NCBI GenBank assembly: GCA_964585655.1
Contig: CAZPER010000006.1
Span: 6,594 to 70,593, forward strand
Source: an uncultured Gemmatimonadaceae bacterium
Lineage (GTDB): Bacteria > Gemmatimonadota > Gemmatimonadetes > Gemmatimonadales > GWC2-71-9
Direction of reading: 5' to 3'
DNA: 64,000 nt
Shown one piece after another: positions 46,750 to 55,880 of the stretch. Position 1 is the first letter of the stretch, and the number at the start of each line of letters is the position of its first letter. The notes beneath the pieces are model-generated. The model had not been told where the DNA came from. It saw only the letters and a program-made list of their open reading frames with translations, and made no database searches. Made by a program: the position numbers and the translations under genes.

Positions 46750-48366
46750 ATGGCATCATCCTCCCGGCCCATCATTGTGGGCACCGGCATCGCTGGGCTG
46801 TGGACCGCCTGGCGGCTGGCCAATGAGGGGCGCGCCTCGGTGCTCCTCACCAAGGGGCTGCTGGCCGACAGCGCCAGCGCCTGGGCCCAGGGCGGCGTGG
46901 CGGTGGCGCTGGGCCCCGGCGACAGCCCCAGCCAGCACGCCGCCGACACCCTCGCCGCCGGCGACGGCCTCTCCGATCCTGAAGCCGTCCGCATCCTCAC
47001 CAAGGAAGGTCCCGACCGGATCCGTGAGCTGCTCCGCGCCGGCGCGGTGTTTGACCGCGGCCCCGACGGCTCGCTCCGCTTCGGGCTCGAGGCGGCGCAC
47101 ACCCAGCCGCGGATCATCCATGCGGGGGGGGACCGGACCGGCGCCGCGATCGTCGCCTTCCTCACCGACATCATCCGCCGCCACCCGCTGGTGGAGATCC
47201 TGCGCTACACCGAGGTGGCCGCGCTCCGGCACGACGGCCAGCGGATCACCGGGGTCATCGCCCTCCGGGACGGGGAGCCGGTGGCGCTGGACGCCGGCGA
47301 CGTGGTGCTCGCCACCGGCGGGGTGGGCCAGCTCTACCAGGTGACCACCAATCCGCTGGTGGCCACCGGCGACGGCTGGGCCCTGGCCTGGCGCGTCGGC
47401 GCCGAGCTCCGCGACATCGAGTTCCTGCAGTTCCATCCCACCGCGCTCAAGCTCCCCGGCGTGAACCCCGCCCCGCTCATCACCGAGGCGGTACGCGGCG
47501 CGGGCGGCATCCTGGTGGACACCGATGGACGGCGCTTTGCCTTTGACGCCGATCCCCGGGGGGAACTCGCCCCGCGGGACGTGGTGGCCCGCGCGGTGAC
47601 GGCCGCCGACGCCACCGGCGGCGCCTGGCTCGATGCCCGGGAGATCACCGACTTCCCGGTTCGCTTCCCCGGCGTCACCAAGATCCTGGCCGATCACGGC
47701 CTCGACCCGGCCCGCGACCTGCTCCGGGTGGCGCCGGCGCTGCACTACGCCATGGGCGGCATCCTGACCGACATGCATGGCCGCACCACCCGGGAGGGGC
47801 TCTGGGCGGTCGGCGAGGTGGCGTGCACCGGGGTGCACGGCGCCAATCGCCTGGCCTCCAACTCCCTGCTGGAAGGGATGGTGTTCGCCGACCGGGTGGC
47901 GCGCGCCCTGACGGCGCGGACCGGACCGGACGACTGGATGGAGGGCCATCGCCCCCGCCCGGTGCCGGCGCACCGCGCGGAGCCGCTCATCGCCCGGTGG
48001 AGCACGGCGCCGAGCGGGCCGCGGTCGGTCCCCGCCTTTCCGCCCACGACCGACCGCTCGGTGGCCGCCCGGGCCGCGGACGCCGCCGCCACGCCAATCG
48101 CCGACGAGATCCGCGCCATCATGACCGCGGACGTGGGTATGGTGCGGACCGAACAGGGGCTGCGCCGCGCCCGCCGCACCCTCACCGCGCTCAAGGGACG
48201 GATCCACCCCGAGGCGTGGCGCACCCGGAACCTGCTGCTGGTGGCCCGCCTGATCACCCATGCCGCCCTGCGCCGCCGCGAGAGCCGCGGCGGCCACCGG
48301 CGGCTCGACTACCCGCCGGTGCCGGCCCCCGGTGCCGCGCCCGTCACCAGCCGGAGCCGTGCATGA
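46750..48366 (+). CDS. nadB: L-aspartate oxidase
   Basis: GTGIAG; SAWAQGG; EAAH; QFHPT; EAVRG; HYAMGG; HGANRLASNSLLE; ESRGGH. Confidence 0.93.
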   Translation: MASSSRPIIVGTGIAGLWTAWRLANEGRASVLLTKGLLADSASAWAQGGVAVALGPGDSPSQHAADTLAAGDGLSDPEAVRILTKEGPDRIRELLRAGAVFDRGPDGSLRFGLEAAHTQPRIIHAGGDRTGAAIVAFLTDIIRRHPLVEILRYTEVAALRHDGQRITGVIALRDGEPVALDAGDVVLATGGVGQLYQVTTNPLVATGDGWALAWRVGAELRDIEFLQFHPTALKLPGVNPAPLITEAVRGAGGILVDTDGRRFAFDADPRGELAPRDVVARAVTAADATGGAWLDAREITDFPVRFPGVTKILADHGLDPARDLLRVAPALHYAMGGILTDMHGRTTREGLWAVGEVACTGVHGANRLASNSLLEGMVFADRVARALTARTGPDDWMEGHRPRPVPAHRAEPLIARWSTAPSGPRSVPAFPPTTDRSVAARAADAAATPIADEIRAIMTADVGMVRTEQGLRRARRTLTALKGRIHPEAWRTRNLLLVARLITHAALRRRESRGGHRRLDYPPVPAPGAAPVTSRSRA

Positions 48367-49382
48367 CGCTGGCGCTTCCCGTCATCGAGCCGACCACCCT
48401 GGACCGGGCCGCGATCCTCGCGCTGCAGGCGGAGATCCGCACCCTGGCCAAGGCGCGGAACGCGGTCATCCTGGCCCACAACTACCAGCGGGCCGAGGTG
48501 CAGGACGTGGCCGACTTCGTGGGCGACTCGCTCGGCCTCTCCCGCAAGGCGGCCGCGACCGACGCCGACGTGATCGTCTTCTGCGGAGTGCATTTCATGG
48601 CGGAGACGGCGGCCATCCTGGCGCCCGGCAAGCGGGTGCTGCTGCCGGACCTGCGGGCCGGCTGCTCGCTCGCCGCGACGATCACCGCGGAGGATGTGCG
48701 GCAGTGGAAGCGGACGTTCCCCGGCTACATCGCGGTGGGCTACGTGAACACCACCGCCGAGGTGAAGGCGGAACTGGACTACTGCTGCACCAGCGGCAAC
48801 GTGATCGAGGTGATCGACGCGATCCCCGAGGAGCATGGCATCCTGTTCTGCCCCGACTTCTTCCTCGGGGCTCATGTGCGCCGCCTGCGGCCCCACCGGA
48901 AGGTGGAGGTGTGGCTGGGGGAGTGTCACGTGCACAAGGACATAAATCCGCACACCCTCGAGCGGATGCGGCACGAACACCCGGCGGCCGAGGTGCTGGT
49001 GCACCCCGAATGCGGCTGCGCCGGCCAGCTCATCTACGCCATGGGCAATGGAGACATCCCGAGCGAGGGGATCCACGTCGCGTCCACCGAGCGGATGATC
49101 CAGCTGGTGAAGGAGCGGCCGGCGAGCGAGTTCATCATCGCCACCGAGACGGGGATCATGCACCGGATGGAGCAGCTCGCGCCGGAGAAGCAGTTCTTCG
49201 CCGCCGACCGCGCCGCGGTCTGCGCCTTCATGAAGACCATCACGCTCGAAGGCACCCGGGATGCGCTGGCGCTGGACCGCTACCACGTGAGCGTGCCGAC
49301 GGCGATCGCCGACCGCGCCCGGTTGTCCCTCGACCGGATGGTGGCGCTGGGACCGGGCGTGGCCCGGAAGCCGGGGGACTGA
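48363..49382 (+). CDS. nadA: Quinolinate synthase
   Basis: ILAHNYQ..GDSL..FCGVHFMAET..GCSLA..CHVH..HPEC..CAFMK. Confidence 0.96.
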   Translation: MTLALPVIEPTTLDRAAILALQAEIRTLAKARNAVILAHNYQRAEVQDVADFVGDSLGLSRKAAATDADVIVFCGVHFMAETAAILAPGKRVLLPDLRAGCSLAATITAEDVRQWKRTFPGYIAVGYVNTTAEVKAELDYCCTSGNVIEVIDAIPEEHGILFCPDFFLGAHVRRLRPHRKVEVWLGECHVHKDINPHTLERMRHEHPAAEVLVHPECGCAGQLIYAMGNGDIPSEGIHVASTERMIQLVKERPASEFIIATETGIMHRMEQLAPEKQFFAADRAAVCAFMKTITLEGTRDALALDRYHVSVPTAIADRARLSLDRMVALGPGVARKPGD

Positions 49383-49386
49383 GCCG

Positions 49387-50256
49387 ATGCTGATCGAGCG
49401 CGACCTGCGGGCCCTGGTCGGCGCCGATGCGCGCCGGGTGGCGCGCACCGCACTCGCCGAGGATGGCGAACGGGATATCACGACCGAGGTGTCCGTCACC
49501 GCGGACCAGGTGGCCACTGGGGTCCTGGAGTTCCGGACCGGCGGCGTGGTGGCCGGCATGCCCTACGCCGACGCGGTGGCGAGCGCCTGTGATCTGCCGC
49601 CGGTCACCTGGTATCACGCCTCCGGCGCGGTGGTCCCGGCTGGCAGCACCCTCGGCCTGCTGCGGGGAGACCTGGGCCGCATCCTCCGCGCCGAGCGGCC
49701 GATCCTCAACCTGCTGCAGCGGGCCACCGGAATCGCCAACCTGACCCGGCGCTACGTGGACGCGGTGCGCGGCACTCACACCCGGATCCTCCACACCCGG
49801 AAGACCGCCCCGGGGCTCCGGCTGCTGGACGTCACCTCGGTGATCGCCGGCGGCGGGCACCTGCACCGGCTGGGGCTGGCCACGACGGTGATGGTGAAGG
49901 ACAACCACTGGCGGGCGCTGGAACGCGGCGGGCGGACACTGGCGCAGGCGCTGGAACAGGCCCGCGCCAGCGAGGTGGTGGACTGCTTCGTGGAGGTGGA
50001 GAGCCGAGCCCAGCTGGAGCAGGCGTGCGCCGCCGGCGCCACCCGGCTGCTGGTGGACAACCAGTCCCCCGCCACGGTGCTCGAATGGGGCCGGCTGGCG
50101 CGGTCCCTGGCGCCCGGGATCGAGATCGAAGCCACCGGCGGCATCACGCTGGAGAACATCCGGGCCTTCGCCGAGGCGGAGGCGGACTACATCTCGATCG
50201 GGGCGCTGACCCACAGCGTCATTGCCGCGGATGTCTCGCTGGAGATCGGGCGATAA
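49387..50256 (+). CDS. nadC: Quinolinate phosphoribosyltransferase
   Basis: TRKTAPGLR..HRLGL..KDNH..EVES..DN..EATGGI..GALTHS. Confidence 0.95.
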   Translation: MLIERDLRALVGADARRVARTALAEDGERDITTEVSVTADQVATGVLEFRTGGVVAGMPYADAVASACDLPPVTWYHASGAVVPAGSTLGLLRGDLGRILRAERPILNLLQRATGIANLTRRYVDAVRGTHTRILHTRKTAPGLRLLDVTSVIAGGGHLHRLGLATTVMVKDNHWRALERGGRTLAQALEQARASEVVDCFVEVESRAQLEQACAAGATRLLVDNQSPATVLEWGRLARSLAPGIEIEATGGITLENIRAFAEAEADYISIGALTHSVIAADVSLEIGR

Positions 50257-50281
50257 GGCGGTAGGGCGGTAGGGCGGTCAG
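50250..50281 (+). repeat. Tandem 8-mer repeat spanning the nadC stop
   Basis: GCGATAAG GCGGTAGG GCGGTAGG GCGGTCAG. Confidence 0.7.
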
Positions 50282-50411
50282 AAGCTGGCGCGAGCCGAGG
50301 CGGCCGGGGTGGAGCGCGCGTCAGTGAGCGGTTGGGTGGATTGCGCCCTCAACCGGCGCGCGAACTGCAGCGCGCGGAATCCCGGTCGACTCGGCGAGCC
50401 CCATCCCCGCC

Positions 50412-51773
50412 CTAGCGCCCTCCCCCCCACCGCTTCCACCCGAAGTACACCGGCACCCCGCTCAGGATCACCGCCACGTCGATCACGAACGCCTTCGTCT
50501 CGGACACCAGGTAGTTGCCGAGCAGGAAGAGCGAGCCCGCCAGAAAGAGCAGCGGCACCACCGGGTACCCGGCGGTGCGGTAGGGCCGGGGCAGGTCGGG
50601 CTGGGTGCGCCGCAGCACGAACACCGCGGCCACGGCCAGGGCGTAGAACGGCCAGATGCCGATCACGAACTGGTCCGCCAGCTCGGTGAAGGTCCGGATC
50701 AGGATGAAGATCACGCCGAGCACGGCGGCCAGGATGATGGCGGCGGTGGGGGCGCCGGTCCTCGCGTCCACCTTCGAGATGGCCTTGGGAAAGAGGCCGT
50801 CTTCCGCCATGGCGAAGAAGATCCGCGGCGCCGTCATCATGGACCCGTTGAGAGTGCCGAAGGTGCTCACCGCCACCGCCGCGGAGATGGCGATGATGCC
50901 GGCCGGACCGATGAGCAGGCTGGCCACGTCGGCCGCGACCAGTTCCGCCTGCTTCATCTGCTGGATTGGGATCAGGTACAGGTAGACCAGGTTGGCGCCG
51001 ATGTAGAGCGCCACCACCACCGAGGTGCCGATGATCAGGGCGCGCGGCAGGGTCCGCTGCGGATCCTTCACCTCGCCGCCCACGAAGGCCAGGTCCGCCC
51101 AGCCGTCGTAGGCCCAGAGGATCGAGACCATGGCCAGCAGGAAGGGAGAGGCGGCCACCACGGCGCGCTGCTCCACCAGGGCGCCGACGCCCATGCCGTC
51201 GCCCAGGGCGAAGCCCATCAGGATCAGCGCCGCCAGCGCCCCCACCTTGAACGCGGTGCTGATGTTCTGGATGACCGCGCCGCGCCGGATCCCGAAGTAG
51301 TTGACCACCGCCACCAGGATGATGAACACCGCCCCCAGCGCCTGGTCCCCCCGAACCGGGAGGCCCAGGAGTTCGGCGGCGGGGTCCAGACCCATGGTGC
51401 GCAGCGTATAGGCGGAAGCGGTGATCCCGATGGCCCCATACGCCCCCGGTCGGATGATCAGCAGCTCGGCCCAGCCAAAGAGGAACGCGGGCACCGGACC
51501 GAACGCCTCCCGGAGAAAGACATACATCCCCCCGCTCCGGGGGAAGGCGGCGGCCAGCTCGGCGTAGGTCAGGGCGCCGCAGACCGCCACCACCCCGCCC
51601 ACCACCCAGGCCAGCAGGAAGAGGGGGACATCGTCGATCCGCTGGGCCACCGAGGCCGGGGTGCGGAAGATGCCGCTGCCGATGGTCGAGCCGACCAGGA
51701 CGGCCACGGCACTCCAGAGACCCAGGCGGCGGGAGAGGCGTTCGCCCCAGGGATCGGCGGCGGGAATATTCAT
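50412..51773 (-). CDS. APC-family amino acid permease
   Basis: VGSTIGSGIF..YAELAAAFPRSGG..WAYDGW..RPYR. Confidence 0.93.
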   Translation of the reverse strand: MNIPAADPWGERLSRRLGLWSAVAVLVGSTIGSGIFRTPASVAQRIDDVPLFLLAWVVGGVVAVCGALTYAELAAAFPRSGGMYVFLREAFGPVPAFLFGWAELLIIRPGAYGAIGITASAYTLRTMGLDPAAELLGLPVRGDQALGAVFIILVAVVNYFGIRRGAVIQNISTAFKVGALAALILMGFALGDGMGVGALVEQRAVVAASPFLLAMVSILWAYDGWADLAFVGGEVKDPQRTLPRALIIGTSVVVALYIGANLVYLYLIPIQQMKQAELVAADVASLLIGPAGIIAISAAVAVSTFGTLNGSMMTAPRIFFAMAEDGLFPKAISKVDARTGAPTAAIILAAVLGVIFILIRTFTELADQFVIGIWPFYALAVAAVFVLRRTQPDLPRPYRTAGYPVVPLLFLAGSLFLLGNYLVSETKAFVIDVAVILSGVPVYFGWKRWGGGR

Positions 51774-51938
51774 CAGGAATGACCGGAGGAAGACGGGACT
51801 GGAAGGGGCCCGGGAAGTGGCCCTAAAGTATGAAATTGCCTTGAGTTGGACGACTTGACAACCCACGTCCCTCGCCGTTCTTTCCCCCCCTGCCCCGGAG
51901 CCCTCCGGGGCCGGATCCTGCATGACGGAGTGCTCCAG

Positions 51939-53909
51939 ATGAGTTCACAGGCCGCTGGCGGTGCCCAGGGGTACCGCCGCGTAGCCATGACGGCAACCGG
52001 CCTCACGGTCGGCTTGATCACGCTTGGCGGCGTCACTCGCATCATGGGCGCCGGCATGGGCTGCGGCCCGGACTGGCCGCTCTGCAACGGCCGGGTCTTC
52101 CCCGATCTCTCCAACACCCTCGAACTGATCGAATGGAGCCACCGCTGGGTGGCGGCCCTGCTCTCCGCGATGGTGCTCTGCCTGGCCGCGCTCACCTTCA
52201 AGCGCCACCGGGAGGACCGGTTCCTCCGCGGCCCGGCGTACGCCGCGCTGGCGGTGCTGGTGCTGCAGGTGATCCTGGGAGCGGTCACGGTCAAGTTCTT
52301 CAACGCCGCGCCTACCGTGGTCATTCACCTGACCAACGCGATGCTGCTGCTCGCGGTGCTGGTAGTGGCGGTGCTCCGCTCCGGAGAGCAGCTCCGGGGA
52401 GAGCCGGCGGCGCCGGGCGCCCCGCTCCCCGCCGCGGCGATCGCCACCGGGTTCGCGTTCGTGGTCATCACCTTCGGCGCCTTCGTCGCCAACTACGACG
52501 CCGGGGTGTACTGTCTCGGCTTCCCGCTCTGCGCCGGCACCCTGGCCCCGCCCGCCGAAGCGCTGGGGCGGCTGCATTACGTGCATCGCATCCTCGCCTT
52601 CCTCTTCCTCGGGTACACGGCCGCGGTGCTGCTGTCGGCCCGCCGGCTCGATGGGGAGGGGGCGGTGGAGTACCGCCGGGCGGCGGCATGGCTGGCAGGC
52701 CTCGCGGCGCTGCAGGTCGGGGTCGGCGCGGCCATGATGCTCCAGATGTTGCCCACCAGCCTCCGGGCGGCCCACCTGCTGGTGGGGTCGCTGCTCTGGG
52801 TGGCAGCGGTGGTGCTGGGGTTCCGGGGGCGGAGGGTGGCGGTGACGGTGGCGCGGTCAGGCGATAGGGCGGTCGGGCGTTTGGAGGACTCCGCTTCAGA
52901 TCGTGCACCCGCCGGCGAGCTCGCCTCGGCGCTGCCGGATGACCACCCGGCCGACCGCCGAACCTCCCTCAAGGGCATTCTGGCCGACCTCATCACCCTC
53001 ACCAAGCCGCGGATCATCTCGCTGCTCCTGCTCACGACCGTGGCGCCGATGTTCATCACGGGCAAGGGCCTGCCGTCCCCGGCGCTGGTGCTCTGGGTGC
53101 TGCTCGGCGGCTACCTGATGGCCGGCGGCGCAAACACCGTCAACATGTGGTTCGACCGGGACATCGACACCCTGATGTCGCGGACGAAGCTCCGCCCGAT
53201 TCCCTCCGGCCGCATCCCGGCCGGGGCAGCGCTGGCCTTCGGGCTGGCGCAGGGGGCGCTGGCGTTCTGGATCTTCTGGACCCAGGTGAACCCGCTCTCC
53301 GCCTGGATGGCCTTCAGCGGCTACCTGTTCTACGTGCTGATCTACACCGCCTGGCTCAAGCGGCTCACCACCCAGAACATCGTGATCGGCGGTGCCGCCG
53401 GCGCCTTCCCGCCGCTGGTGGGGTGGACGGCCATGACCGGCAGCCTGGACCTGGCGGCGCTCTATCTCTTCGCCATCATCTTCTTCTGGACCCCGCCCCA
53501 CTTCTGGGCCCTGGCGCTGATCAAGCGGCAGGAATACGCCAAGGCCGGCGTCCCGATGATGCCCGTGATCTCGGGCGATCACTGGACCAAGGTCCAGATG
53601 CTCGCCTACACCCTGATGCTGATCCCGCTCACCGTGATGCCATCGGTCTTCGGCGCCCTGGGGCTGTTCTACGCCGCCGCGGCGCTGGCGCTCGGCGGAC
53701 GGCTCCTCTGGCTCAACATCCAGGTGTTGCGGGAGCAGGGCATCACCCCGACCACCTGGAAGATGTACAAGTTCTCCCTGCTCTACCTCGCGCTCCTCTT
53801 CGTGGCCATGGGTGTGGACCGCGCCATGCCGTTCGGGCACCGGTATGAGCGGGGGGACGTGCTGATCCTCGACCGGCCGGACGACTCCTTTCCCGCCCCG
53901 ATCCCGTAG
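51939..53909 (+). CDS. Heme A synthase (CtaA) - heme O synthase (CtaB/CyoE) fusion
   Basis: N-half GMGCGPDWPLCNG..EWSHR..H..HR..H; C-half LTKPRI..DRDIDTLMSRTKLRPIP..NIVIGGAAG..WTPPHFWAL. Confidence 0.92.
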   Translation: MSSQAAGGAQGYRRVAMTATGLTVGLITLGGVTRIMGAGMGCGPDWPLCNGRVFPDLSNTLELIEWSHRWVAALLSAMVLCLAALTFKRHREDRFLRGPAYAALAVLVLQVILGAVTVKFFNAAPTVVIHLTNAMLLLAVLVVAVLRSGEQLRGEPAAPGAPLPAAAIATGFAFVVITFGAFVANYDAGVYCLGFPLCAGTLAPPAEALGRLHYVHRILAFLFLGYTAAVLLSARRLDGEGAVEYRRAAAWLAGLAALQVGVGAAMMLQMLPTSLRAAHLLVGSLLWVAAVVLGFRGRRVAVTVARSGDRAVGRLEDSASDRAPAGELASALPDDHPADRRTSLKGILADLITLTKPRIISLLLLTTVAPMFITGKGLPSPALVLWVLLGGYLMAGGANTVNMWFDRDIDTLMSRTKLRPIPSGRIPAGAALAFGLAQGALAFWIFWTQVNPLSAWMAFSGYLFYVLIYTAWLKRLTTQNIVIGGAAGAFPPLVGWTAMTGSLDLAALYLFAIIFFWTPPHFWALALIKRQEYAKAGVPMMPVISGDHWTKVQMLAYTLMLIPLTVMPSVFGALGLFYAAAALALGGRLLWLNIQVLREQGITPTTWKMYKFSLLYLALLFVAMGVDRAMPFGHRYERGDVLILDRPDDSFPAPIP

Positions 53910-53924
53910 CTGCCCGGAGTGTAT

Positions 53925-54005
53925 TCAACCACAAAGGACACGAAGAGCACGAAGGGGGTGCTGCCTCGCCGCTGCCTTCGTGCCCTTCGTGATCTTCGCG
54001 GTTGA
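53925..54005. repeat. REP-like inverted repeat built from 9-mer units
   Basis: TCAACCACAAAGGACACGAAGAGCACGAAG ... CTTCGTGCCCTTCGTGATCTTCGCGGTTGA. Confidence 0.75.
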
Positions 54006-54014
54006 TTTTCTGGA

Positions 54015-55799
54015 ATGGTCAACCCCGCACCGAAACGCCTGCTGCCCTCCCCCACCGCCCTCAAGCGGCTGCTGCCGCTGATTCAGCCCTATCGGTGGGC
54101 GCTGGCGCTGGCGGTGGTCTGCCTGGTCTTGAGCACCGCCGCGAGCCTCGCCTTCCCCCGCCTGACCGGCTGGCTGCTGGACACCGCCTTCCTCCAGGGC
54201 GGCAGGGAGCAGCTCGACGTGCGCGCCGCCCAGCTCATGGCGGTGGTGCTGCTGCAGGCCGGCCTCAATTACGCCCAGGCCTATCTCCTCACCGCCACCG
54301 GTGAGCGCGCCGTCAACCGGCTCCGCACCACGCTGTTCGACCGGCTGCTGGAGTTCCCCGTCGGCTTTTTCGCCGAGCGCCGGACCGGGGAGCTGGTGAG
54401 CCGGCTGACCAGCGACATCACCCTGCTGCAGGGCACGCTGAGCCACCAGATCGCGGAGGCGTCCCGCCAGATACTGACGCTCGCCGGCGGGGTGACGATG
54501 CTGGTGATCGTGCAGCCGCGGCTCACCCTGACCGCCCTGGGAGCGGTGCCGGTGGCGGTGGGAGCCATCTTCTTCTTTGGCCGCCGGTTGCGGCGGATCT
54601 CCACCGGGGTGCAGGATCGCGTCGCCGAAGCGACCGCCGTCGCGGAGGAAGCGATTGGCCAGATCCGCACGGTGCAGAGCTTCGTGCAGGAGAACCACGA
54701 GCGGGGGCGCTACGGCGCCAGGATCCAGCAGGCGGTGGCGACGGCCCTGATCCGGGCGCGGGTGCGCGGGATGTTCTTCGGGGTGATCACCTTCGCCACC
54801 TTCTCGGCGATCGTCGTGGTGCTGTGGCAGGGGGGACGGCTGGTGCTCGACGGCGCGCTCACCCCCGGCACCCTGTTCACCTTCATGATCTACACCATCA
54901 TGATCGCCGGGTCGGTGGCGTCGCTGGTGTCGTTCGTGAGCGGGTACCAGGAGTCGGTCGGGGCGGTGGAGCGGGTCTTCGAGCTGCTGGAGATGCCGAG
55001 CGCCATCACCGACCCGCCGGGGGCCGTTCCCCTGTCCGCACCGGTCCGGGGGGAGGTGACGCTCGAGGGGGTCTCCTTTCAGTACCGCGCCGGCGCCGAC
55101 CAGCCCTGGGCGCTCCGCGACGTGTCGCTGACCGTGGCTCCCGGGGAGGTTGTCGCGCTGGTGGGGCCTTCGGGAGCCGGGAAGACCACCCTGGTTTCCC
55201 TGCTGCCCCGCTTCTGGGATGTCTCGGAGGGCCGGATCACCCTCGACGGCCGGGATATCCGGACGCTCCGGCTGGGGGAGCTCCGGCGGAGCATCGGGCT
55301 GGTGCCGCAGGAGCCCGCCCTGTTCAGCGGCAGCATCCGGGAGAACATCGCCTATGCCCGGCCGGAGGCCAGCCTGGCCGAGATCGAGGCGGCAGCCCGG
55401 GCGGCCCACGCCCATGAGTTCGTGGAGCGGCTGGCTGAGGGGTACGAGACCGTGGTCGGGGAGCGGGGAATCAAGCTCTCCGGAGGCCAGCGGCAGCGAA
55501 TCGCCATTGCCCGGGCGATCCTCAAGGACCCCCGGGTCCTGGTCCTGGACGAGGCCACCAGCAGCCTCGACACCGAGAGCGAGCGGCTGATCGAGGATGC
55601 CCTGGAACGGCTCCTGGTGGGCCGCTCCACGCTGATTATCGCCCACCGGCTGTCCACGGTGCGCCGGGCCGACCGGCTGGTGGTGCTGGACCATGGGCGC
55701 ATCGTGGAACAGGGGCGGCACGCGGACCTGCTGGCCCAGGGAGGGCTCTACGCCCGCCTCTACCAGCAGCAGTTCCGGGAGGGTGACCCGGCCCCCTAG
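54015..55799 (+). CDS. ABC exporter, fused TMD-NBD (MsbA/Atm1-like)
   Basis: 6 TM; GPSGAGKT; LSGGQ; LDEATSSLD; IAHRLST. Confidence 0.93.
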   Translation: MVNPAPKRLLPSPTALKRLLPLIQPYRWALALAVVCLVLSTAASLAFPRLTGWLLDTAFLQGGREQLDVRAAQLMAVVLLQAGLNYAQAYLLTATGERAVNRLRTTLFDRLLEFPVGFFAERRTGELVSRLTSDITLLQGTLSHQIAEASRQILTLAGGVTMLVIVQPRLTLTALGAVPVAVGAIFFFGRRLRRISTGVQDRVAEATAVAEEAIGQIRTVQSFVQENHERGRYGARIQQAVATALIRARVRGMFFGVITFATFSAIVVVLWQGGRLVLDGALTPGTLFTFMIYTIMIAGSVASLVSFVSGYQESVGAVERVFELLEMPSAITDPPGAVPLSAPVRGEVTLEGVSFQYRAGADQPWALRDVSLTVAPGEVVALVGPSGAGKTTLVSLLPRFWDVSEGRITLDGRDIRTLRLGELRRSIGLVPQEPALFSGSIRENIAYARPEASLAEIEAAARAAHAHEFVERLAEGYETVVGERGIKLSGGQRQRIAIARAILKDPRVLVLDEATSSLDTESERLIEDALERLLVGRSTLIIAHRLSTVRRADRLVVLDHGRIVEQGRHADLLAQGGLYARLYQQQFREGDPAP

Positions 55800-55814
55800 C
55801 TGGTCGGGTCAGCG

Positions 55815-55870
55815 GCCAGCAAGGAAAAGCCCCCCGGTCCTCGCGGACCGGGGGGCTCTTCCTTGCTGGC
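55815..55870. terminator. Long bidirectional terminator hairpin between convergent genes
   Basis: GCCAGCAAGGAAAAGCCCCCCGGTCC-TCGC-GGACCGGGGGGCTCTTCCTTGCTGGC. Confidence 0.8.
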
Positions 55871-55880
55871 ATTCAGCGGA

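Noticed and set aside
43605..47174. 1189-aa minus-strand ORF
   Set aside because: Antisense shadow of lptFG/nadB; R/P/G-rich with no motifs, as expected in high-GC DNA.
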